Source: an uncultured Oscillospiraceae bacterium (lineage in GTDB: Bacteria; Bacillota; Clostridia; Oscillospirales; Oscillospiraceae). From it: a DNA stretch of 64,000 bases. Of this stretch, positions 47,722-55,128 are shown one piece after another. A program made the position numbers and the translations under genes. The notes below the pieces were generated by a model, which saw only the letters and a program-made list of their open reading frames with translations, searched no databases and was not told where the DNA came from. Position 1 is the stretch's first letter. Every line of letters starts with the position of its first letter. The DNA lies in contig CANQRQ010000012.1 of assembly GCA_947626315.1 (NCBI GenBank), positions 3,458 through 67,457 on the forward strand. The letters are read 5' to 3'.

Positions 47722-49773
47722 TTACGCGGCCGCAAAGGGGATGCCGTTTTCCTTGGCGTAGCTCTGGGCATAACTCCCCGCAGGGGCATCAATGGTCAAC
47801 CTGTCGCAGCGGGTAAACGCATTCGCTCCGATCTTTTTCACGCTGGCGGGGATGGTAATGCCGGTCAGGCTTTCGCAGCCGGCAAACGCCCTGACGCCTA
47901 TTTTTGTCACGCCCTCCGGGATGGTGATATCGGTCAGGCTCTTGCAGTCGCGGAACGCCTCGTCGCCTATTTTTGTCACGCCCTCCGGGATGGTGATATC
48001 GGTCAGGCTCTTGCAGTCGCGGAACGCCTCGTCGCCTATTTTTGTCACACTCTTGGGGAGCGTAATGCCGGTGAGATTTTCGCAGGCATTAAACGCCCAG
48101 CCTCCAACCGAGGTGATTCCGTTCTCTATAACAACTCTTTTTATTTCGTCGAGGTGAGCGTCCCATGGGGTCATAATGTCGATAGGAACAGGGGCTACCC
48201 CCAAAACGCCGAAGTCATCCATCGCTCCGCTGCCGCTGATGGTCAGCGTGCCCTTCTCCAGCGTCCAATAAGCTTTTTCGCCGCACACATTCGCGGCGGA
48301 TTTCGCGCTGTTTGACAGAATACCGCGATATGCCGCGTATCGCCAGGCATAACTCCCCGCAGGGGCATCAATGGTCAACCTGTCGCAGCGGGTAAACGCA
48401 TTCGCTCCGATCTTTTTCACGCTGTCTGGAATCGTGACGCTGGTTAGACCGTAACACTCATCAAACGCATAAGCGCCGACCTCCGTTACGCTGTCCGGAA
48501 TCGTGACGCCGGTCAGACCTTCGCATCCGCGAAATGCATAAGCGCCGATTGAAGTGATGCCGTCTTCTATAACGACCTTTTTAATATCGGCCAAATGAGC
48601 GTTCCATGGGGTCATAAAATCGGGCCCATTGCCCGTCCCAGACATGCTTCCGAAATCATCTATTGCCCCCCTGCCGCTGATGGACAGAGTGCCGTTATGC
48701 AGCGTCCAATAAGCGTTTTCTCCGCAAATGTTCGTGACAGGCTCGTTGGCCGGCGCCATACCGCGATACATGGCATATCTCCAGGCATAGCTCCCCGCGG
48801 GAGCATAGATGGTCATCTTGCCGCAGCCTTCAAAGGCGAATGCATCGATCTCTGTCACGCTGGCTGGAATTGTGACGCTGGTAAGGTTGAAGCACTTTCC
48901 AAACATCTCCTCGCCGATTTCTGTCACACCCTTCGGCAGCGTAATGTCGCCAGCAAGAAAGCAGCAGTTATAAAACGCCCCTGCACCGATTTTTGTCACG
49001 CTGGCCGGGATTGAAATGCTGGTAAGACCAGTGCAGTCGCCAAACGCGTAATTGCCAATCTCCGTCACGCTGTCCGGAATCGTGACGCTGGTTAGACCGG
49101 AATTTTGAAGCGCTCCTGCGCCGATTTTTGTCACACTGTCCGGAATCGTAATGCTGGTAAGATGGCTGCAATTGAAAAACACACCGTCGGCTATCTCCGT
49201 CACGCTGTCCGGAATCGTGACGTCAGTTAGACTTTCGCAAAATCTAAAAGCGAGTTCGCCAATCTCCGTCACACTGTCCGGAATCGTGACGCTGGTCAGA
49301 CCTTTACATCCGCAAAATGCATAAGCGCCGATCATAGTGATGCCGTCCTCTATGATGACTTTTTTAATGTCGTCTCGGTGATCGAACCACGGAGCTGGAA
49401 TATTATTTTGATCATAGTCCCATACGGTTGCTTGGTAATAATTATCCATCGCTCCGCTGCCGCTGACGGTCAGGGTGCCGTTTTCCAGGGTCCAAAACGC
49501 ATTTTCTCCGCACTTATTTTTTTCGTCTGCTATGACGTCTTCCGAAGGCTCACTCCCGAGCGAGCGGGCAGCCATCCGGGGCTTGTCCGCCTCCCGGCCT
49601 GTAAAGAAGGTGACGCCCGCGATCACCAGCGCCAGCGCGGCCGCGCAGACCGCCAGCAGCGCCCATTTCCCGGGGTTTCGAGGCCTTTCCGGCTTTGGTT
49701 TTGGCTGCTGGCAGCACTGGCAGATGCTGTCGTTGTCGCTGTTTTTCGTTTCACATATGGGACATATCCACAT
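47722..49773 (-). CDS. BspA-type leucine-rich-repeat (LRR_5) surface protein with N-terminal zinc ribbon and TM anchor
   Basis: N-terminal CPICE...CQCC zinc ribbon and a TM helix (WALLAVCAAALALVIAGV). Three supermodules each start CGE(N/K)A(F/Y)WTL.NGTL(T/S)(I/V)SG.GA(M/I)D. Each is followed by 23-aa repeats of the type (V/I)TIPDSVTxIGxxAFxxCxxLT. Confidence 0.85.
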   Translation of the reverse strand: MWICPICETKNSDNDSICQCCQQPKPKPERPRNPGKWALLAVCAAALALVIAGVTFFTGREADKPRMAARSLGSEPSEDVIADEKNKCGENAFWTLENGTLTVSGSGAMDNYYQATVWDYDQNNIPAPWFDHRDDIKKVIIEDGITMIGAYAFCGCKGLTSVTIPDSVTEIGELAFRFCESLTDVTIPDSVTEIADGVFFNCSHLTSITIPDSVTKIGAGALQNSGLTSVTIPDSVTEIGNYAFGDCTGLTSISIPASVTKIGAGAFYNCCFLAGDITLPKGVTEIGEEMFGKCFNLTSVTIPASVTEIDAFAFEGCGKMTIYAPAGSYAWRYAMYRGMAPANEPVTNICGENAYWTLHNGTLSISGRGAIDDFGSMSGTGNGPDFMTPWNAHLADIKKVVIEDGITSIGAYAFRGCEGLTGVTIPDSVTEVGAYAFDECYGLTSVTIPDSVKKIGANAFTRCDRLTIDAPAGSYAWRYAAYRGILSNSAKSAANVCGEKAYWTLEKGTLTISGSGAMDDFGVLGVAPVPIDIMTPWDAHLDEIKRVVIENGITSVGGWAFNACENLTGITLPKSVTKIGDEAFRDCKSLTDITIPEGVTKIGDEAFRDCKSLTDITIPEGVTKIGVRAFAGCESLTGITIPASVKKIGANAFTRCDRLTIDAPAGSYAQSYAKENGIPFAAA
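47896..48033. repeat. Perfect tandem duplication (2 x 69 bp) inside the LRR gene
   Basis: Units 47896-47964 and 47965-48033 are identical, and a third partial unit starts at 48034. Separately, a 78-bp block at 47767-47844 is identical to 48346-48423. Confidence 0.9.
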
Positions 49774-49974
49774 AATACGCTCTCTCCTTCATCCCTGCAT
49801 TATCTCCGCGCCGCTGCCGGAAGCAGGACACATGATATGCCTGGTTTTTCATCTGATTTACTGTATTAATATACCATATGTACCCTTCTGTTTCAACATC
49901 AATCTCAGCATAAAATAACAGGACATGCAGGGCAGCTGTGCATAGCTTGAGGGCACCGAAAGATCGGCGCCCTC

Positions 49975-50134
49975 AGACTGTAGACAAACAGAAGAACCAT
50001 GTATAAACATGCAGGGGGAGAGGGCAGAGAGGGGGCGGGAGCCCCCTTTCAGCGTTCAATCTACTCTTATCCAAGAGCATTTTTGAATGCTCTTGGATAA
50101 GTTTTCAAGGTGAAGACACTTTGTCTTCACCTTG
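49975..50134 (+). repeat. 160-bp structured intergenic repeat, copy A
   Basis: agactgtagacaaacagaag...gcagggggagagggcagagagggggcgggagccccctttcagcgttcaatc...cttatccaagagcatttttgaatgctcttggataag...caaggtgaagacactttgtcttcaccttg. Near-identical to 60831-60990 and to the reverse complement of 63817-63976. Confidence 0.9.
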
Positions 50135-50172
50135 AGGGCGCCGGTTTTCGGCGCCCTGTCTGCTTTATTTGC

Positions 50173-51207
50173 TTACTTTTTCCTGAAAACGATCTCTCCG
50201 ATAAGCTTCTTGTCCCAGTCGTAGTAGCGGACGGTCAGGGTGTCGGTCACCTGGCCCTGGCCCATGGAGATCTGATTGCGATAGATGCCGTCATCCCCCA
50301 GGACGCTGCCGCTGCCCTGAAAATCCGTGAGCTCCGCGAAGTCGATCTTCATGATCTTATAGTAGTCCTCCTCGTCGGTCATGGTTTCCGGCCACGAGGC
50401 GCTGACGCCCAGGGGCGAGATCGTGACGCTGGCGTCGCCCACCCGGATCCCGGGGACGGCGTCCGGGTCCTCCGGGGCAAAGAGCATCTCCCCCTCGGCG
50501 GCCGGCTCCGTCAGGGTCACGGGCACCTCCAGCCGCTCTGCCGCCGCGTCTCCCCCCTTATGGCAGGTGATCAGGCACACGGCGCCCTCCAGGGAGACGC
50601 CTGCTGGCCGCTCGGCCTCGATGAGAAGGGCCATTTCGCTGCCCGAGACGCAGGTGGACGTTACCCCGCCCATAAGGTTCTGCGGGCCGTCGGGGCCGGG
50701 CAGGGTCAGGCCCGCGCCTATGTACAGGAGTTCCTTCCCCTGCCGCGCGGCGTATTCCTCTAAGGTTTCCTCGCCGTCCCGGCCGATGCTCACCAATAGG
50801 TCCTCCGGCAGGGCGTCCTGGGGGACCAGGATATGCGCTTCGTCCCCGGTGACCGTGACGGTCAGGAGGATCGTGCTCACGTCGCACAGGCTCTCCGTGA
50901 CCTGGCAGCTGACGCCCGCCCCCTGGCCGCTCTCGCTCTGGGCCGTGATCAGACCGTCCGCGGCCTCCGGCAGCACCACGTTGGGGGTGTCGAACATCTC
51001 CCGGATGCCCCAGAGGTTGGCCGCGTAGGCCACGGCGCTGAAGGCCAGGAAAGCGGCGATCACCGCGGCCAGCAGGACCGCCCTGCGGGAGAGCCTGCCG
51101 GCGCGCGCCGGCGCTTTTTTGACCCGGTAGCCCAGACGGCGGCTGACGGCCTCCAGGGCGGCGTCGTCCGTATCATTCATGGCAAACAGAATTTCTTCGC
51201 TCAACAT
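50173..51207 (-). CDS. Putative anti-sigma factor (DUF4179-type single-pass membrane protein)
   Basis: Short cytoplasmic N-terminus, one TM helix (AVLLAAVIAAFLAFSAVAYA) and an extracytoplasmic domain. The start at 51207 has a GGAGGAGGAGA RBS and overlaps the sigma gene end. The call rests mainly on position and architecture. Confidence 0.6.
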   Translation of the reverse strand: MLSEEILFAMNDTDDAALEAVSRRLGYRVKKAPARAGRLSRRAVLLAAVIAAFLAFSAVAYAANLWGIREMFDTPNVVLPEAADGLITAQSESGQGAGVSCQVTESLCDVSTILLTVTVTGDEAHILVPQDALPEDLLVSIGRDGEETLEEYAARQGKELLYIGAGLTLPGPDGPQNLMGGVTSTCVSGSEMALLIEAERPAGVSLEGAVCLITCHKGGDAAAERLEVPVTLTEPAAEGEMLFAPEDPDAVPGIRVGDASVTISPLGVSASWPETMTDEEDYYKIMKIDFAELTDFQGSGSVLGDDGIYRNQISMGQGQVTDTLTVRYYDWDKKLIGEIVFRKK

Positions 51208-51757
51208 AGTTCTCCTCCTCCAGTTTTTCCCGCAGCGCCCGGCAGGTGCGCGACAGCATGGACTTCACCTTGGACTCGCTGAAGCCAAAGCGCCGGGCGA
51301 TCTCCTTCACCGGGGCCATAAACCAGTACCGGGCCAGAAAGACCTGGCGCCTGTCCTCGTCCAGACCGGCCAGAAACTGCCGGATAGCGGCGGCCAGCTC
51401 CCGCCGCTCCACCTGGAGCTGCACGTCTATGCCGGAATCCAGCGCCTCGCTCAGTTCCTCCAGGGCCAGGCTGACCTCCCCGCCGCCCCGCTTCAGGCGG
51501 CGGCTGTCCCGCAGGCGGCCCAGGGAGAGCCACCTCGTCAGCTTGGCCAGATAGGGGGCGAGCCGGGCCGGGCGGTTGGTGGGCATGGAGTTCCAGGCGC
51601 CCAGCCAGGTGTCGTTGACGCACTCCTCCGCGTCCTCCGCATTGCCCAGGAAATTGAACGCGATGATCCGGCAGTAGCTCCCGTATCGGGCGGCGGTGGC
51701 CGGGATGGCGGCCTCGTCCCGCTGCCAGTACAAATTGACTATTTCTTTATCGTCCAT
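51173..51757 (-). CDS. ECF-type sigma-70 family RNA polymerase sigma factor
   Basis: Region 2 DAEECVNDTWLGAWN and region 4 HTH VKEIARRFGFSESKVKSMLSRTCRALREKL. 194 aa. Confidence 0.85.
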   Translation of the reverse strand: MDDKEIVNLYWQRDEAAIPATAARYGSYCRIIAFNFLGNAEDAEECVNDTWLGAWNSMPTNRPARLAPYLAKLTRWLSLGRLRDSRRLKRGGGEVSLALEELSEALDSGIDVQLQVERRELAAAIRQFLAGLDEDRRQVFLARYWFMAPVKEIARRFGFSESKVKSMLSRTCRALREKLEEENYVERRNSVCHE

Positions 51758-52086
51758 ATGGCATGATCTCCTTTCTGAGGTCCCTCGCTTATATAAAAAG
51801 CCGTTTGCCGGATTTGGTCGCAGGCCGGAAGAAAAAAAGTGAAAAAAACAGGCTGAATTTATCCGCTAACAATATAACACATCCGGGCGGCCCGGCATAT
51901 CCCCGATGGTTCAAAAATTTTTTGGATAAAGCGGAAGTTTTTGCCTCAGCGGCTTGCAATCTCTGCGTGTTTATTGCGTGTTTATGTTAAATTGTATCTT
52001 ATCAAATTAGGCTTTTTATATTTCCCATATATTGTATGATTTCATCAAAGCGGGGGCGGACAGGCCCCGCCTGTGGGGGAGACAGT

Positions 52087-55000
52087 ATGAGAGCAGCACA
52101 GAAAACAGGACGCAGAATCGCGGCGGCGGTGCTCTGCCTGGTCATGGCCCTGTCCATGACCGGCGGCGCCAGCTTGGGCGAAGCGTCGTCTTCCGGTGGG
52201 GGGGAGACCCTCTGCAATCACGTACATGACGCAACCTGCGGCTATGCCGCCCCCAGCCTGGGAACCCCCTGCGACCGGGCCTGTACGGACATCAACGGGG
52301 ACGGGACGGTGGACCACGTGCCGGGCTGCGCCTATGTGCCCGCCTCGGCCGGTTCCCCCTGCACCCATGAGCACGACGAGAGCTGCGGCGGCCTCCCGGA
52401 CGAAGCGGACCCGGAGCCCACGGAGGACCCGGTTCCCACGGAGAGCCCGGAGGACCCGGACGGGGGAGCGGACGGCGGCCCCGCGGAGGGGGATGAGCGG
52501 CCCGGCGGCCTTCCGGAGCAGGACGGCCCCACCGCGGACGGAGAGCCCTCTATAGACGGGGAAGAGGAGGAGCCCGGCGGCGAGGACGACGGGATCGCCC
52601 CCATAGCCCTGTCCGAGGTGAGCGTCACCGTCAAGCAGAGCGCCGGTACGGATACGACAGAGATAGAAACCGGGACGGCACTCAACTGGGAGTATAACCA
52701 GGTGTGGAAGCTGGATATCTCCGCCGGCTTCAACGGCGTGAGCGGCGCCCGCCAGGTGAAGATCAGCGTGGCCCCGGGCCTGCGGATCGTGGACTACTAT
52801 AACGGCGAGAGCAGCAACTTTACCCAGGTGGCGACTTCCCTTTCCGAAAGCATGACGGCTCTTCAAGGGCAGGGCTATACCCCGCCGCAGAGCTATGACA
52901 CGGTGACCTATACGGTGAGCGATTCCGCCGCCACGGTAACCGTCGACCTCAACCTGGCCGTGGACACCGTGCTCTGGCCCAAGATCGACGGGTGGACGAT
53001 AGAAAATGCCATCCGGGTGGAGATCACCGGGGGCGGCGATGCCCAGACCAGAACGGCCCAGGTCACCGTGAACCGGGGCACGGCTGCGGTCGAAACCTCC
53101 TGGAACCAGCTCTATTGCTCGGACTCCAACAACAGCGTCCCCGGCGAGGCGAACAAGGATTTCCGCATGAAGATCATGCAGGTGGCCACCAACCTGCACG
53201 ACAGCGCCCTGGGAATGTACTATAAGAAGCTGACGCTCACCGTGCCCCTGCCCCAGGTGCAGGGAGACGGGGGAGCCTACGCTAAGTATATCCGGGTGGA
53301 GACTGCCCCGAATAAACCGCCTGCTAGTGCGGATGAGAATCCCACTGACCACACGGTCACTTTCACCTGGAATAATCTGTATGTCCCGGCCGGGAGCAAC
53401 CTTACGGTGACGCCCTATTTTCAGTGGGAAGCTGCGCAGACAGACGGGGCCACGGTGAAGTTTTCCGACCCCAGCAAATTCAGCGTGCAGGCGACGGCCT
53501 ATCAGGCAAGCTCCGACCAGATCAAATATGGGGCGTCCAACACGCTCACAGATACCTTCACTGTCCGGGGCAACGTGCATGTGACCGTCACCGGGCGGAA
53601 CAGAAGCAGAGGCATCTACAATTACGGCAACACGGAGCAGGTTTACCAGCTTGGTCAGTTCCATGTGCGAAACGACGGCTTTGGGGACACCGGCGACCTG
53701 ACGCTGACGTTTACCTATCCCACGGAAGTCGCCCATGTGACCGCCCAGCGCATCCCGCTGAAAGCCGGCGGCGTGGTCAAAAGCCTTCGCTATGAGACGA
53801 ACAGCAGCAGCGGCGAGCAGGCAGCGGATATTAATGACAAATATTACTACCGTACCGGCACCTATCAGAGCTACCTTGTTATGGCCCCGGAAGGGGAGTA
53901 TTTCACCAGCGTCACCGCCACTGTGGACGGCTACGGCCCCCAGTATGTGGGGTACAACTCCTCCGCTCCCGAGTCGCCCAATAACGGCTGCGTCACCTAC
54001 GGCACCATGGCGAGGGGGGACACCATCGGCAGGTACACGGCGACGCTGAGCATTTCCAGCGGCAGCGGTATTTCATCAGAGGGCGAATTTACCACCAATA
54101 TTCAAAAAGACACTAAAGCGACCACCCAGATGAAGGTGGAGCCGGCGGGGAATCTCTTCACCTTCCAGGAAGAAAAGACCAACAAGGTCCAGCTGGGCAT
54201 TGAAGAGAGCGCCCGGACGGTGAGCTTCAGCGGCTATATCTCCGCCACGGACTACCCCTATACCAACAACCAGGTGGTGGACCGGCCGGTGATCTATATC
54301 CGCCTGCCCAACGCCATTGAGGTAAAGAATGTTGCGCTTTACAGCTCCCAGACGGATTACAACGGCGCGGTGTACGGCGAGGATAGCCTGATAGGTTCCG
54401 GCTCCTATACCTTCTCCGGCCCAGAGGACCGGGGCGGCGACGGCTACCACGTCTACAAAATTGAATTTAATGATGACAACAGCTACAGCGGCGCCATCGG
54501 CTGCTTCAACGGGCAGCTGGGCCAGACCCGGCTGCGGCTGGACTTTGACATGGTGGCCGACGTGAAGACGGAGGACGTGATCCTGAAGATGTGCGACACC
54601 GTCTTTGTTGGCTATGCCGACGGCAGCGCCATCGAATCCAGCGGCTCCCTCGCCTCCAACCAGAAGCAGGACACCCACAATGTGGACGGGGATGGGGATA
54701 CAGGGGAGTACTTCTCCACCATGACGGACACCGAGGCCCACCGGCTGGAGCTGGAGGCGCCCCGGATCGGCCTGACCTTCAACAGCTATGCCAAGCTCTC
54801 CACCGAGGGACCGGAAAACTACAAGAACTTCAAGGTCCCCGACGACAATGTGGAGAGCCTGACGGCCAACGGGCACATCATGTATATCACCGGCGAGACC
54901 CTGGCAATGGAGGATGCCGGCATCGATTTCCGCTTCACCGCGGAAAACAAGACCGGCGCGGCCCTGACCATCGATAGCAGCACCCTGGGCAAAGAGGACT

Positions 55001-55116
55001 TCTTCTATTATATCCCGGTGCCCAAGGAGGGGGACATCTGGGACGCCCATATCCAGGACAAGCCCTTCGACCTGAGCCTTACCCTCGGCGGGAAAGTCCA
55101 GGTCTCCCAGACCTAG
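52087..55116 (+). CDS. N-terminal part of a giant cell-surface protein; ends at an in-frame TAG
   Basis: The ATG at 52087 gives a signal peptide (MRAAQKTGRRIAAAVLCLVMALSMTGGASLGEA). Two CxHxHDxxCG motifs, an acidic Pro/Glu/Asp linker and about 800 aa of Thr/Tyr/Gly-rich sequence follow. There is no anchor. The TAG at 55114-55116 is in frame with the next ORF. Confidence 0.75.
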   Translation: MRAAQKTGRRIAAAVLCLVMALSMTGGASLGEASSSGGGETLCNHVHDATCGYAAPSLGTPCDRACTDINGDGTVDHVPGCAYVPASAGSPCTHEHDESCGGLPDEADPEPTEDPVPTESPEDPDGGADGGPAEGDERPGGLPEQDGPTADGEPSIDGEEEEPGGEDDGIAPIALSEVSVTVKQSAGTDTTEIETGTALNWEYNQVWKLDISAGFNGVSGARQVKISVAPGLRIVDYYNGESSNFTQVATSLSESMTALQGQGYTPPQSYDTVTYTVSDSAATVTVDLNLAVDTVLWPKIDGWTIENAIRVEITGGGDAQTRTAQVTVNRGTAAVETSWNQLYCSDSNNSVPGEANKDFRMKIMQVATNLHDSALGMYYKKLTLTVPLPQVQGDGGAYAKYIRVETAPNKPPASADENPTDHTVTFTWNNLYVPAGSNLTVTPYFQWEAAQTDGATVKFSDPSKFSVQATAYQASSDQIKYGASNTLTDTFTVRGNVHVTVTGRNRSRGIYNYGNTEQVYQLGQFHVRNDGFGDTGDLTLTFTYPTEVAHVTAQRIPLKAGGVVKSLRYETNSSSGEQAADINDKYYYRTGTYQSYLVMAPEGEYFTSVTATVDGYGPQYVGYNSSAPESPNNGCVTYGTMARGDTIGRYTATLSISSGSGISSEGEFTTNIQKDTKATTQMKVEPAGNLFTFQEEKTNKVQLGIEESARTVSFSGYISATDYPYTNNQVVDRPVIYIRLPNAIEVKNVALYSSQTDYNGAVYGEDSLIGSGSYTFSGPEDRGGDGYHVYKIEFNDDNSYSGAIGCFNGQLGQTRLRLDFDMVADVKTEDVILKMCDTVFVGYADGSAIESSGSLASNQKQDTHNVDGDGDTGEYFSTMTDTEAHRLELEAPRIGLTFNSYAKLSTEGPENYKNFKVPDDNVESLTANGHIMYITGETLAMEDAGIDFRFTAENKTGAALTIDSSTLGKEDFFYYIPVPKEGDIWDAHIQDKPFDLSLTLGGKVQVSQT

Positions 55117-55128
55117 GGGTGCGACCTT

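Noticed and set aside
50000-50101. A 33-codon ORF preserved in all three copies of the 160-bp repeat, M(Y/H)(K/R)(H/T)AGGEGREGAGAPFQRSI..., ending at the TAA inside the hairpin arm.
   Set aside because: No Shine-Dalgarno is present. The substitutions between copies are explained by hairpin compensation, not by codon-level constraint, and the peptide is low-complexity. It remains formally untested.
55114-55116. The in-frame TAG in the adhesin as a pyrrolysine codon or a programmed recoding site.
   Set aside because: No pyl genes or PYLIS-like element are visible in this window, and the context (ACC TAG GGG) is not a known read-through signal. A nonsense mutation or a sequencing error is more parsimonious. 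This cannot be excluded without the full genome and reads.
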